NCBI RefSeq assembly: GCF_000021865.1
Contig: NC_014034.1
Location: 3,660,001-3,692,000, forward strand
From: Rhodobacter capsulatus SB 1003
Lineage (GTDB): Bacteria; Pseudomonadota; Alphaproteobacteria; Rhodobacterales; Rhodobacteraceae
Length of the DNA: 32,000 nucleotides
Reading direction: 5' to 3'
The position numbers and the translations under genes were made by a program. Shown here piece by piece: positions 1-9,637 of this stretch; the first letter of the stretch is position 1, and the number at the start of each line of letters is the position of its first letter. The notes under the pieces are model-generated. The model did not search any database. It was not told where the DNA came from and saw nothing but the letters and a program-made list of their open reading frames with translations.

Positions 1-1011
1 CAGGCCCTTGCGGAAGGTCAGCGCATAGCGTTGCCCGTGCTTCACCCCGCCGACACAGATCTGGTTCGCCGCGGCCTCGACCGACAGCCCGGTTTCGGGC
101 AGCTGCACGAAGGGCGCGTAATCGACCCCGGTCTTCACCAGATCGGCGTTGAAATTCGCGCAGATCCGGGGACTTGCGCTATCCGCCTCGACGCTGTTGT
201 CCTGAATGCGAAAGCCGTATTTGCCCTCGGCGTCCTTCAGCGCGGCGGCGATATCCTCGCGCGCGGAGAGCGTCGCCGCCAGCTGCAGCGCCGCCAGCGT
301 CTCGCGGGTGCGACCGGCCTTTTCCAGCGCCTGCGCCAGAACGAAGAGCGCCTCGGCCTGACCGGCGGGCCGGGCCGCGCGCAGATAGCCGTTCACCGCC
401 GCCGAGACCGAGCGGCCGACCGCCTCGGACTCCTCGAGCCGAAGGCCCAGCGCCGCATAATCCGTCCATTGATCGGCGGCATCGGAGAGAACGATCATCG
501 CCCCTTCCAGCGCCTGCGCCCGCGTCCAGTCCGCCTGCGCCCGGGCCTGTTTCAGCCCCGCGGCCAGCTCCTCGGGGCTGGCGAAATTCGTCAGATGCAG
601 CCGCCCCATCGCGCCCGCCAGCGCCGTCGCCTCGGCAAGACTGCCCTCGGACAGAAACTCCAGATCGGCGGCCCGGGTTTTGGCCCGGGCTTCGGCGCCC
701 TTGTTCGCGGCCACCACCACGCCCGAAAACGCGCCCTGATAGGGCGCCATCGCCGTCACCCCGGCCTTCGGAAAACAGGAATTGTTGCGGGCGTTGAAGG
801 TCACCGCCTCGCAGGCCGAATCGGCGAGACAGGCGGCTTCGCAGGCTTCAAGGCTGGTGTCGAAAATCTGTTGCAGATCCCGGCCCGAAAGGTCCATCCC
901 CTCGGCGATCGACAGCCGTCGCTCGGGGACAAGGGGGAAATCCTGCGCCATCGCAGGGCCGATACCGCAAATCACCGCGCAGAAGGAAAGAAAGACCGAG
1001 GACAGACGCAT
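1..1011 (-). CDS. alpha-2-macroglobulin family protein, N-terminal fragment (signal peptide plus PAN/Apple-like Cys-rich module); the rest lies beyond the window start
   Basis: Absent from the ORF track because it has no stop inside the window. The reverse complement of 1011->1 reads open: MRLSSVFLSFCAVICGIGPAMAQDFPLVPERRLSIAEGMDLSGRDLQQIFDTSLEACEAACLADSACEAVTFNARNNSCFPKAGVTA... and ends ...RICANFNADLVKTGVDYAPFVQLPETGLSVEAAANQICVGGVKHGQRYALTFRKGL. GGAGG (1021-1017) sits 5 nt before the ATG. There is a Sec-type signal peptide and GC-rich third positions. The family call is from recall of Rhodobacterales alpha-2-macroglobulin N-termini. Confidence 0.6.
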   Translation of the reverse strand, partial: MRLSSVFLSFCAVICGIGPAMAQDFPLVPERRLSIAEGMDLSGRDLQQIFDTSLEACEAACLADSACEAVTFNARNNSCFPKAGVTAMAPYQGAFSGVVVAANKGAEARAKTRAADLEFLSEGSLAEATALAGAMGRLHLTNFASPEELAAGLKQARAQADWTRAQALEGAMIVLSDAADQWTDYAALGLRLEESEAVGRSVSAAVNGYLRAARPAGQAEALFVLAQALEKAGRTRETLAALQLAATLSAREDIAAALKDAEGKYGFRIQDNSVEADSASPRICANFNADLVKTGVDYAPFVQLPETGLSVEAAANQICVGGVKHGQRYALTFRKGL

Positions 1012-1116
1012 GGAAACCTCCGGGCTGAATGCCGGGATGCTCTCATGCGGCCGGGTTTCGTTCAACAGCGAAGCGGCCCGTTAAGGCCGTTAAGCAGATT
1101 TTCACCCAAGACTGGG

Positions 1117-3381
1117 ATGGTGCGACAGGATTTTCGACAGGTGCCGGGAATGGACGCCGTCTTGGCAGAAAAATTGGCGCAGGAGCGGCGGGCTCGGCTG
1201 GCGGCGGAACGCCTGCTGGAGCAGAAGAAGCGCGAGCTGTTTGCGGCGAACCAGAAACTGGCCCTGCATGCGCGGGCGCTTTCGGAACAGATCGTGCAGC
1301 AGCGGCACGGGCTGCAACAGGCGCTGACCGAGGCCGCCTCGCTCAAGGGCGAGAATTCGCGCGTGCGCGGCGATCTGCAGCGGGCGGAATCGGTGGCGAT
1401 GATCGCGCAGCGGCGGCTGTGGGACGCGCTGGAAACCATCCGCGACGGCTTTGCGGTCTATGATGGCGATCTGCGGCTGGTGGTGGCGAACCGGGCCTAT
1501 CTGTCCTTCTTTCATGGCGAGGTGGCGATCACCGCGGGCGTCACCTATGATGCCGTGCTGAAGATCGTCGCCAAGCATGAAATGGTCGACATGGCGGGCC
1601 GCGATCCGCTGGACTGGCACCACGAGATGATCGCCCGGATCCGGCGCGAGCATATCGAACCGATCGTGTTGCGCACCCGCAACGGCCACCACATCAAGCT
1701 GATCGACCGCTGGGGCGAGGATGGCGATCTGGTCTGTCTGGCGCAGGACATCACCCATATCATCGAGCGCGAACAGGAGCTGGAGGAAGCCCGCAACAAG
1801 GCCGAGGCCGCGAACCGGGCGAAATCGGCCTTCCTGGCCAACATGAGCCATGAAATCCGCACGCCGATGAACGGCGTCGTCGGCATGGCGGAACTTCTGG
1901 GCGAAACCGAGCTGAACGAGGAACAGCAGCTTTACGTCGAGACCATCCGCTCCTCGGGCGAGGCGCTGCTGACGATCATCAACGACGTGCTCGACTATTC
2001 CAAGATCGAGGCGGAGCGGCTGAAGCTTTACCCCGAAGTCTTTGATCTGGAACGCTGCCTGCATGAGATCATGGTGCTCTTGCAGCCCTCGGCCAAGGAC
2101 AAGGGCGTCAAGCTTCTGGTCGATTACGACCTGTTCCTGCCGACCCGCTTCATCGCCGATCCGGGGCGGATGCGGCAGATCCTGACCAACCTGCTTGGCA
2201 ATGCGGTCAAGTTCACCCATACCGGCCATGTGCTGGCCCGCGTCGTCGGCTTTGAACGCGACGCCGAACATTACGAATTGCATGTCACCGTCGAAGATAC
2301 CGGCATCGGCATCTCTCCCGACAACCTCGATCACGTCTTCGGCGAGTTCAATCAGGTCGAGGCCACCTCGAACCGCCGCTTCGAGGGCACCGGGCTTGGC
2401 CTCGCCATCACCCGGCAGCTGGTGCATCTGATGGGCGGTTCGGTCTGGGTCGACAGCCAGCTGGGCGAGGGCTCGTGCTTCGGCTTCCGCGTCACCCTGC
2501 CGCGCGCGGAACCGGTGGCGCCGCTCGACCGGCCGACGCCGCCCGTCACGCTGCGCGCGGCGCTGGTGGTCGATGACCTGCTGGTGAACCGGGTGATTCT
2601 GGAACGGCAGCTGCAGACCTACGGGCTGGACGTGACGCTCTGCCGCTCGGGCACCGAGGCGCTGAAGGTGCTGGATGAGGGCACCCGCTTCGATCTGGTG
2701 CTGACCGATCACCACATGCCCGATCTGGACGGGCTGGAACTGACGCGGCGGCTGCGGGCGATGGGCCATGACACGCCGATCCTGCTTCTGACCTCGGACA
2801 GTGCGGCGCTGGATGCGGCGCAGGGCAATTGCGACCTGTTCGGCTGTCTGGAAAAGCCGGTGCTGCGTTCGGACCTGTTCCGCATGCTGCAGAAACTGTC
2901 GCTGCCGACCGAACCGAAGCCGGCAGAGCCCGCCCCGCCGCCGCCGCCGCCCGCCCTGCCGCCGCAAAAGCGGCAGATGCGGATTCTGGCGGCCGAGGAC
3001 AACCGGACCAACCAGCTTGTCTTCGGCAAGATGGTGAAGGATTTCGACATCGAGCTGCGCTTTGCCGCGAATGGTCTGGAAGCGGTCGAGGAATGGCGCC
3101 GCTTTCAGCCCGATCTGATCTTCATGGACATTTCCATGCCCGAGATGGACGGGCGCGAGGCCACCCAGACGATCCGCCTGCACGAACAGGACAAAGGCAC
3201 AAGGGTGCCGATCTGCGCCCTGACCGCGCATGCGATGGAAGGCGACAGCGAGTCGATCTTTGCCGCGGGGCTCGATTTCTATCTGACGAAACCGCTGCGC
3301 AAGGCCTCGATCGTGGAACGGATCCTGGCGCATCAGCCCGCGGATGCGCGCCCGGCGCTGCCGGAGGGGCAGGAGAGCTGA
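1117..3381 (+). CDS. cytoplasmic hybrid sensor histidine kinase (coiled coil-PAS-HisKA-HATPase-REC-REC)
   Basis: Same frame as track ORF 31-3381. Plausible starts are ATG 1117 (MVRQDF) or ATG 1150 (MDAVLAEK). It has the H-box [11 protein letters not shown] and ATPase boxes [15 protein letters not shown] and GTGLGLAI. Two complete receiver domains follow ([21 protein letters not shown] and [22 protein letters not shown]), joined by the linker [13 protein letters not shown] see no hydrophobic TM segment. Confidence 0.9.
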   Translation: MVRQDFRQVPGMDAVLAEKLAQERRARLAAERLLEQKKRELFAANQKLALHARALSEQIVQQRHGLQQALTEAASLKGENSRVRGDLQRAESVAMIAQRRLWDALETIRDGFAVYDGDLRLVVANRAYLSFFHGEVAITAGVTYDAVLKIVAKHEMVDMAGRDPLDWHHEMIARIRREHIEPIVLRTRNGHHIKLIDRWGEDGDLVCLAQDITHIIEREQELEEARNKAEAANRAKSAFLANMSHEIRTPMNGVVGMAELLGETELNEEQQLYVETIRSSGEALLTIINDVLDYSKIEAERLKLYPEVFDLERCLHEIMVLLQPSAKDKGVKLLVDYDLFLPTRFIADPGRMRQILTNLLGNAVKFTHTGHVLARVVGFERDAEHYELHVTVEDTGIGISPDNLDHVFGEFNQVEATSNRRFEGTGLGLAITRQLVHLMGGSVWVDSQLGEGSCFGFRVTLPRAEPVAPLDRPTPPVTLRAALVVDDLLVNRVILERQLQTYGLDVTLCRSGTEALKVLDEGTRFDLVLTDHHMPDLDGLELTRRLRAMGHDTPILLLTSDSAALDAAQGNCDLFGCLEKPVLRSDLFRMLQKLSLPTEPKPAEPAPPPPPPALPPQKRQMRILAAEDNRTNQLVFGKMVKDFDIELRFAANGLEAVEEWRRFQPDLIFMDISMPEMDGREATQTIRLHEQDKGTRVPICALTAHAMEGDSESIFAAGLDFYLTKPLRKASIVERILAHQPADARPALPEGQES

Positions 3382-5445
3382 TCAGCCGTGTTCGGCGATC
3401 AGCGCCAGAAAGGCATCGGCGAAACGGTCGAGCTTCGCTTCGCCCATCCCCGCGATCCGCTCCAGATCGGCGCGGGTCTTCGGCTTCACCTCGGCGATCC
3501 GGCGCAGCATCGTCGCGGTGCAGGACAAAAACCGCTCATGCCCGTCTTCGCCGCGCGCCAGCGCCCGCTGCGCGCCGTCGAGCGCATCATAAAGGCTGGC
3601 CGCCGCCGTCCCCGCAAGCTTCCGTCGCGCCGGATGCACCGGCTCGGCCGCCCCCGCCCCCGCGATCACCTCGAGGAAGGCGCGGCCATAGCTTTCCAGC
3701 TTCTTCGCCCCCACCCCGTTCACCTGCGCAAACTGGTCAAGGGTCGTGGGCCGCAGCTCGGCCATCTCGATCAGGGTGCGGTCGGGAAAGATCATGTAGG
3801 CGGGCAGACCCGCCGCCTCGGCCAAAGCGCGCCGTTTCGCCTTCAGCGCCGAAAGCAGCGGCGCGTCTTCATCGGACACGAGCGCCTTCGGCACATGCCT
3901 GACCTTGGCCTTGCGCACCAGATCGCGGCGCAGGGTGATGCGTTCCTCGCCGCGCAAGATCGGCCGGGCGCGGTCGGTCATCACCAGCGCCCCGTGCCGC
4001 GCCGCATCGGGGCGGATCAGGTCATGGCCCTGCATCTGCCGGAACACCGCCTGCCATTCGGTGCGGCTCAGATCCTTGCCCACGCCAAAGGTCGGCAGCC
4101 GGTCATGGCCGCGCGCGGTGATGCGATCATTCGTCTGCCCCAGCAGAACCTCGATCAGATGCCCGGCGCCATAGCTTTCCTCGGTGCGCAGCGCGGCGGA
4201 AAGCGCCTTGCGCACCGCCTCGGTGCCGTCGAAGAGATCCGGCGGCGTCTCGCACAGATCGCAATTGCCGCAAGGCCCTGATGTTTCCCCGAAATAGGCC
4301 AGAAGCCGCTGCCGACGGCAGCCCGTCGCCTCGGCCAGACCCAGAAGCGCATTCAGCCGCCCGTGATCGGCGGCCTTGCGTTCGGGCGGCGCCAGACCCT
4401 CGTCGATCTGCTGGCGGCGAAAGCGCACGTCGTCGGCACCATAAAGCGTCAGCGTCTCGGCAGGCGCCCCGTCGCGGCCCGCCCGGCCGATTTCCTGATA
4501 ATAGCTCTCAATGGATTTCGGCAGATCGGCATGGGCAACCCAGCGGATGTCGGGCTTGTCGATGCCCATGCCAAAGGCCACCGTCGCCACCACGATCAGC
4601 CCGTCCTCGCGCTGAAACCGGGTCTCGACGCGGCGGCGATCCTCGGCCTCCATGCCGCCGTGATAGTGGCAGGCGGGATGACCCGCCTCGATCAGCGCGG
4701 CGGCCAGTTGCTCGGTCTTCGCCCGCGAGGCGCAATAGACGATGCCCGATTGCCCGCGCCGCGCCGCCACATAATCCAGGATCTGCCGCCGCGGCTGGTC
4801 CTTGGGCTCAAACGCCAGCGAGATGTTCGGCCGGTCAAAGCCGCGCAGAAAGGTCGCGGGCGGGATGCCGTCAAACAGCCGGGTGACGATCTCGGCCCGG
4901 GTTTCCTCGTCCGCGGTCGCGGTAAAGGCCGCCAAGGGCACATCGAGCGCCCGGCGCAGATCGCCGATGCGCAGGTAATCGGGGCGGAAATCATGGCCCC
5001 ACTGGCTGACGCAATGCGCCTCATCGACCGCGATCAGCCCGGTCTTTGCGCGGCGCAACAGCGCCAGCGTGCCCGACCCGGCCAGCCGCTCGGGCGCGAT
5101 GTAAAGGAGTTTCAGCCGCCCCGCATCGATCGCCGCAAAGACCGCTTCGGTCTCCTCCTCGGTATTGCCCGAGGTCAGCGCCCCGGCCTCGACCCCGGCT
5201 TCGCGAAGCGACCGCACCTGATCGCGCATCAGCGCGATGAGCGGCGAGATGACCACCGTCAGCCCCGGCAAACACAGGGCAGGCAGTTGGAAACACAGGG
5301 ATTTCCCGCCCCCCGTCGGCATGATCGCCAAGGTGTTGCGCCCTGCCAGAACCGCCCGCACGATTTCCTCCTGCCCCGGTCGGAAGGCATGGAATCCGAA
5401 AACCGAGGCAAGCATTGCCTCGGGGCTGGGGTCGGGCAGGGTCAT
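3382..5445 (-). CDS. recQ: ATP-dependent DNA helicase RecQ with two C-terminal HRDC-like domains
   Basis: Motifs FRPGQEEIV, MPTGGGKSLCFQLPA, DEAHCVSQWGHDFRP and the Zn module CGNCDLC. An RQC region is followed by HRDC (PAYMIFPDRTLIEMAELRPTT..VNGVGAKKLESYG) and a second HRDC-like repeat. The track start at 5460 is a TTG. ATG 5445 (MTLPDPS), 4 nt after the yggT stop, is preferred. Confidence 0.95.
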   Translation of the reverse strand: MTLPDPSPEAMLASVFGFHAFRPGQEEIVRAVLAGRNTLAIMPTGGGKSLCFQLPALCLPGLTVVISPLIALMRDQVRSLREAGVEAGALTSGNTEEETEAVFAAIDAGRLKLLYIAPERLAGSGTLALLRRAKTGLIAVDEAHCVSQWGHDFRPDYLRIGDLRRALDVPLAAFTATADEETRAEIVTRLFDGIPPATFLRGFDRPNISLAFEPKDQPRRQILDYVAARRGQSGIVYCASRAKTEQLAAALIEAGHPACHYHGGMEAEDRRRVETRFQREDGLIVVATVAFGMGIDKPDIRWVAHADLPKSIESYYQEIGRAGRDGAPAETLTLYGADDVRFRRQQIDEGLAPPERKAADHGRLNALLGLAEATGCRRQRLLAYFGETSGPCGNCDLCETPPDLFDGTEAVRKALSAALRTEESYGAGHLIEVLLGQTNDRITARGHDRLPTFGVGKDLSRTEWQAVFRQMQGHDLIRPDAARHGALVMTDRARPILRGEERITLRRDLVRKAKVRHVPKALVSDEDAPLLSALKAKRRALAEAAGLPAYMIFPDRTLIEMAELRPTTLDQFAQVNGVGAKKLESYGRAFLEVIAGAGAAEPVHPARRKLAGTAAASLYDALDGAQRALARGEDGHERFLSCTATMLRRIAEVKPKTRADLERIAGMGEAKLDRFADAFLALIAEHG

Positions 5446-5449
5446 GCGG

Positions 5450-5737
5450 TCAGAGGCCAAGCAGCCGTTGCAGGAAGATCATCGCGATGATCACCACCAT
5501 CGGCGTGAAATCGACGCCCTGAAACGACGGCAGCACCTTGCGGATCGGGGCATAGATCGGCTCCAGGATCCGGTTCAGCAGATCCCAGATCTTGTAGACC
5601 ATCGGCTGACGCAGGTTCAGCACGTTGAAATTCACCAGCCAGCTCATGATCACCTGGGCCAGGATCACCAGCCACAGGATCTGAAACACGAGGGCAAGGG
5701 CCACATGGACCCCGTCGAGCAGCATGTAAGGGTTCAT
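5450..5737 (-). CDS. yggT: YggT family membrane protein
   Basis: 95-aa hydrophobic protein MNPYMLLDGVHVALALVFQILWLVILAQVIMSWLVNFNVLN...PIRKVLPSFQGVDFTPMVVII, the typical YggT/Ycf19 pattern. Its stop lies 4 nt before the recQ ATG. Confidence 0.85.
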   Translation of the reverse strand: MNPYMLLDGVHVALALVFQILWLVILAQVIMSWLVNFNVLNLRQPMVYKIWDLLNRILEPIYAPIRKVLPSFQGVDFTPMVVIIAMIFLQRLLGL

Positions 5738-5888
5738 TCGGACCTCCGTCGGATGCCCTCACAGGTAAGCCAGGCCGGTCTCGCTTGCAACTGCCCGAGA
5801 GCGCCATTTCGCAGGGCATTTGCCGCAAGGTCGTCCTTGACGCCCCCGCTGCAGCGCGGCACGACGGGGCAGCAACCGGGGGGCGTGC

Positions 5889-6428
5889 ATGTATCCGATC
5901 ATCCGCATGGGCAAGGCGATCCTGTCATCGCGCGGCCAAAGGATCGACATCCTCGATCCGATTTCCACCTTTCACCGCGCCTGGCCCTGGGACATCGACC
6001 CCTGGAAGGATCTGAACAACGGCCGCATCGTGACGCTCTTCGATCTGGGCCGGATCGCGCTGGCACAACGGACGGGGCTGAACGCCTGTCTGATCCGCAA
6101 CCGCTGGGGCATCGTCGTCGCGGGCAACACGACGCGCTACAGAAAGCGCATCACCATGATGCAAAGCTTCGAGATGCGGACCCGCTGTCTGGGCTGGGAT
6201 GCGCGCTTTTTCTACATGGAACAGGCGATGTGGCGCGGCGAGGACTGCTGCAACCACATCCTGATCCGCGGCGCCGTCACCTCGAAAGCGGGCATCGTCG
6301 CGCCGCAAAGGGTGGTCGAGGACATGGGCCACCGCACGGAAAGCCCCGCCCTGCCCGACTGGGTGCAGGGCTGGATCGCCGCCGATCATGCCCGGCCCTG
6401 GCCCCCCGAAATGCCCGCAACAAGGTAA
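5889..6428 (+). CDS. hot-dog fold acyl-CoA thioesterase family protein
   Basis: 179 aa. MYPIIRMGKAIL...HRAWPWDIDPWKDLNNGRIVTLFDLGRIAL... matches the thioesterase-like family as I recall it. A GGGGGG run precedes the ATG. The stop abuts the MFS ORF. Confidence 0.65.
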   Translation: MYPIIRMGKAILSSRGQRIDILDPISTFHRAWPWDIDPWKDLNNGRIVTLFDLGRIALAQRTGLNACLIRNRWGIVVAGNTTRYRKRITMMQSFEMRTRCLGWDARFFYMEQAMWRGEDCCNHILIRGAVTSKAGIVAPQRVVEDMGHRTESPALPDWVQGWIAADHARPWPPEMPATR

Positions 6429-6482
6429 ATGTTGCGCTGCCCTCCGGTTTCGGGCTTGATCCGGCCAAACACGGGGGGCGAC

Positions 6483-7823
6483 ATGATCACCGAACGCAAG
6501 CGCATCTGGGGCTGGTGGTTCTTCGACTGGGCCAGCCAGCCCTACAACACGCTTTTGCTGACCTTCATCTTCGCGCCGTTCATGGAGCGGCTCCTGGGCG
6601 ACGGCACCACGGCGCAGACGGTCTGGGGCTTCGGCATCGGCCTTTCCGGGCTGATCATCGCGGTGGCCTCGCCCTTCCTTGGCGCGATCGCCGACCGCTC
6701 GGGCCGACGCATGCCCTTCATCTGGTTGTTTTCACTGATGTATGTGGCAGGCTCCGCGTTCCTTTGGACGGCAGAGCCGGGCCATTACAATCTGTGGCTG
6801 GTGATGACCGCCTTTGCCATCGGCATGATCGGCATGGAATTCGCCACCTCCTTCACCAATGCGATGCTGCCCGACCTGACCGGCCGCGACAACATCGGCA
6901 AGGTTTCGGGCTCGGGCTGGGCCTTTGGCTATCTGGGCGGGATGGTGTCGCTGATCGTCATGCTGACGCTGTTGCAGGCCAGCCCGACCACCGGCAAGAC
7001 GCTGATCGGGCTGACGCCGCTGTTCGGCCTTGATCCGGCCACGGGCGAGGATACCCGCATCGTCGGCCCGCTGACCGCGCTTTGGTATGCGGTCTTCATG
7101 ATCCCGTTCTTCCTCTGGGTGCGAGAGCCGCGCCATCCGGGCGCCGTGCCGGTGGCGCAGGCCACCCGCGAAGCCTGGCCCGAGCTGCGCAGCACGTTGA
7201 AATCGCTTCCGAAACGACCCAGCCTTTTCGCCTATCTCATCTCCTCGATGTTCTACCGCGATGCGCTGAACGGCATCTTCACCTTCGGCGGGCTTTACGC
7301 GGCGGGGGTGCTGAACTGGTCGATCCTGCAGATCGGGCTGTTCGGCATTCTGGGCACGATCACCGGGGCGACCTTTTCCTGGCTCGGCGGCAAGGCCGAT
7401 GACCGCTTCGGCCCGAAAGCCGTCATCGTCTTCACCCTGATCGCGCTGGCGCTGATCACCCTCGGCGTCGTCTTCATCTCGCGCGAGAGTGTCTTCGGCC
7501 TTGCCGTCGCCCCCGAGAGCGCCCTGCCCGACATCGCCTTTTACATCCTGGGCGGGCTGATCGGCGCGGGCGGCGGGGCGCTGCAATCGGCCTCGCGCAC
7601 GATGATGGTGCGCCAGTCCGACCCGGCCAAGATCACCGAATGTTTCGGCCTTTACGCGCTGACGGGCAAGGCCACCGCCTTCCTCGCGCCGCTTTCGATC
7701 GGGGCGGTCACCGCGATGACGCAAAGCCAGACTTTGGGCATCACTCCCGTCATCGTGCTTTTCGTTCTGGGGTTGATCCTGATAGCCTTCGTCAAATCCG
7801 AGGGAGACCCCGCCGCGGTCTGA
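6483..7823 (+). CDS. MFS transporter, UMF1 (Atg22-like) family
   Basis: Track ORF 6429-7823. ATG 6483 (MITERKRIWGWWFFDWASQPYNTLLLTF) follows a GGGGGG SD-like run. There are about 12 hydrophobic segments. The WGWWFFDWA N-terminus is typical of UMF1. Confidence 0.8.
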   Translation: MITERKRIWGWWFFDWASQPYNTLLLTFIFAPFMERLLGDGTTAQTVWGFGIGLSGLIIAVASPFLGAIADRSGRRMPFIWLFSLMYVAGSAFLWTAEPGHYNLWLVMTAFAIGMIGMEFATSFTNAMLPDLTGRDNIGKVSGSGWAFGYLGGMVSLIVMLTLLQASPTTGKTLIGLTPLFGLDPATGEDTRIVGPLTALWYAVFMIPFFLWVREPRHPGAVPVAQATREAWPELRSTLKSLPKRPSLFAYLISSMFYRDALNGIFTFGGLYAAGVLNWSILQIGLFGILGTITGATFSWLGGKADDRFGPKAVIVFTLIALALITLGVVFISRESVFGLAVAPESALPDIAFYILGGLIGAGGGALQSASRTMMVRQSDPAKITECFGLYALTGKATAFLAPLSIGAVTAMTQSQTLGITPVIVLFVLGLILIAFVKSEGDPAAV

Positions 7824-7838
7824 ACCAAAGGAAAGCGC

Positions 7839-8741
7839 ATGACGCCGATCCGCCTTGCCCTTGCCGCCGCTCTGGTGGCGCTTGCCCCGCTTTCCGCCGG
7901 GGCAGAGCCGCTGGCGCGGCAGCTCTTCGGCGCGCAACTGCGGCCGACCCAGGGCGCGTCCGAACCGATCGGCGCCTATTCCCGGGGCTGTGCCGCCGGG
8001 CTGGTGGCGCTGCCGGAAACCGGGCCGACCTGGCAGGCGATGCGGCTCAAGCGCAACCGCAACTGGGGGCAGCCGGAACTGGTCGCCTATCTGCAGGATC
8101 TCTCGGCCTTTGCCGCCACGCTGCCGGGCTGGCGCGGGCTTTACATCGGCGATCTGAGCCAGCCGCGCGGCGGCCCGATGACCGGGGGACACGCCAGCCA
8201 TCAGATCGGGCTGGATGCCGATATCTGGATGCTGCCCGCGACGCGGCTCGACCTGTCGGCCAAGCAGCGCGAAAAGATCTCCTCGATCTCGATCCGCACC
8301 GAGGATCAGATCCGGGTGAACCGCAACTGGACGCCGCAGCATGCGGCGCTGTTGCGCGCGGCGGCCTCGGACCCGCGGGTGGACCGGGTCTTTGTCGCCG
8401 CGGCGGCGAAGCTTGCCATGTGCGCGACGGCGACACGGGCCGATACCGCCTGGCTGCAGAAGATCCGGCCGATCTACGGCCATAACGAACATTTCCACGT
8501 CCGGCTGAAATGCCCGCCCGGGGCGCGGCTCTGCGAGGGGCAAAAGCCCACCGTGGCCGAGCTGTCAAAGGGCGGCAATGGCTGCGACGAGACCCTGACC
8601 TGGTGGGTCACGACCTATCTGGAAGAGCTGCGCCACCCGCCGAAACGGCAAAAACCCTCAGGCCCGGCGCCGAAAAACGCGAAAACCTATGTGATGTCGG
8701 ATCTGCCTGCGCAATGTCAAAACGTCCTCTCCGCACGCTGA
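7839..8741 (+). CDS. mepA: penicillin-insensitive murein endopeptidase MepA (peptidase M74)
   Basis: Signal peptide [22 protein letters not shown]. Zn/catalytic motifs [15 protein letters not shown] and [21 protein letters not shown] lies upstream. Confidence 0.9.
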   Translation: MTPIRLALAAALVALAPLSAGAEPLARQLFGAQLRPTQGASEPIGAYSRGCAAGLVALPETGPTWQAMRLKRNRNWGQPELVAYLQDLSAFAATLPGWRGLYIGDLSQPRGGPMTGGHASHQIGLDADIWMLPATRLDLSAKQREKISSISIRTEDQIRVNRNWTPQHAALLRAAASDPRVDRVFVAAAAKLAMCATATRADTAWLQKIRPIYGHNEHFHVRLKCPPGARLCEGQKPTVAELSKGGNGCDETLTWWVTTYLEELRHPPKRQKPSGPAPKNAKTYVMSDLPAQCQNVLSAR

Positions 8742-9637
8742 TCGTCGGCCTTGCGCTGGCCGCGGTGCTGGGGACGCTGCCGCTTTGGCCGATGGCACCG
8801 GCCCAGGCCGGACAGGACCGCGCCGAATTCCTGCAGGCCTTCACCTGGAGCCACCCCGATCCCGCTTTCGGCGGCTTTTCGGCGCTTGATTTCGCCGATG
8901 ACGGCAGAAGCTTCGTCACCGTCTCGGACCGCACCACGATCTGGCGCGGCAAGCTGCAGCGCGACGCCGCGGGGCGGATCGTCGCCGCCAGCTTCACCAG
9001 CGGTCCGGTGCGGCTGCATGACAGCAAGGGCCAGGATCTGGGCCGGTTCAGCGGCGATTCCGAAGGGGTGGCGCTGGCCCGTGACGGCAGCGTCTTCGTC
9101 TCCTTCGAGGGGATGGCGCGGGTCGTGCACTATCCGCAGGACGGCGGCCCGGCCAAGCCGCTGCCCCGCCCCGCCGCCTTCAAGCAGTTTCAACTCAACG
9201 GCGCGCTGGAATCGCTCGCCATCGCCGCCGACGGCACGCTTTACACGATGCCCGAACGCTCGGGCAGCCGCACGGCGCCGTTTCCGGTCTGGCGCTTTCG
9301 CAACGGGGAATGGTCGCAACCCTTTTCCATCCCGCGCGAGGATGACTGGCTGCCCGTCGGCGCCGATTTCGGCCCCGACGGCCGGTTTTATCTGCTCGAA
9401 CGCGATTTCTGGGGCCTTCTGGGCTTTCGCAGCCGGGTGCAGGTCTTCGAGATCAAGGGCGACCGCATCGGCCCCGGCACCGAACTTCTGCGCACCACCG
9501 CCGGGCTGCATGACAACCTGGAGGGCCTTGCCGTCTGGCGCGACACACAGGGGGCAATCCGGCTGACGATGGTCGCGGACGACAATTTCAACGCCTTCCA
9601 GCGCAGCCAGATCGTCGAATACCGCCTGAGCCGCTGA
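8714..9637 (+). CDS. exported esterase-like activity of phytase family protein
   Basis: Track ORF 8510-9637. The internal ATG 8714 gives [32 protein letters not shown] (a signal peptide). Beta-propeller-like repeats follow (GFSALDF.., DSEGVAL.., LESLAI.., NLEGLAV..). It overlaps the mepA 3' end by 28 nt. Confidence 0.75.
   Translation: MSKRPLRTLIVGLALAAVLGTLPLWPMAPAQAGQDRAEFLQAFTWSHPDPAFGGFSALDFADDGRSFVTVSDRTTIWRGKLQRDAAGRIVAASFTSGPVRLHDSKGQDLGRFSGDSEGVALARDGSVFVSFEGMARVVHYPQDGGPAKPLPRPAAFKQFQLNGALESLAIAADGTLYTMPERSGSRTAPFPVWRFRNGEWSQPFSIPREDDWLPVGADFGPDGRFYLLERDFWGLLGFRSRVQVFEIKGDRIGPGTELLRTTAGLHDNLEGLAVWRDTQGAIRLTMVADDNFNAFQRSQIVEYRLSR

Noticed and set aside
1078-1095. Tandem CCGTTAAGG/CCGTTAAGC duplication in the alpha-2-macroglobulin / kinase intergenic region, considered as a CtrA box.
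   Set aside because: It reads TTAA-N5-TTAA, not N7. It is probably a simple 9-bp duplication or an unrelated site.
31-1116. N-terminal 362 codons of track ORF 31-3381 (+).
   Set aside because: It has a TTG start and an Arg/Gly/Pro/His-rich low-complexity translation with no domain-like sequence. It lies antisense to a well-formed SD-preceded signal-peptide gene. The kinase-like sequence only begins around 1117.
1102-3333. 743-aa minus-strand ORF across the histidine kinase.
   Set aside because: It is an antisense shadow. The composition is dominated by R, Q, G, L and H with no recognisable motifs, whereas the plus frame has complete HisKA/HATPase/REC motifs.
3388-5490. Plus-strand ORFs 3388-4281 and 4363-5490 (297 and 375 aa).
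   Set aside because: These are shadows of recQ, which carries all the helicase motifs on the minus strand.
5237-7033. 598-aa plus-strand ORF spanning recQ, yggT, the thioesterase and the MFS gene.
   Set aside because: It crosses four independently supported genes in different frames and strands. Its translation is R/H/P/G-rich and has no motifs.
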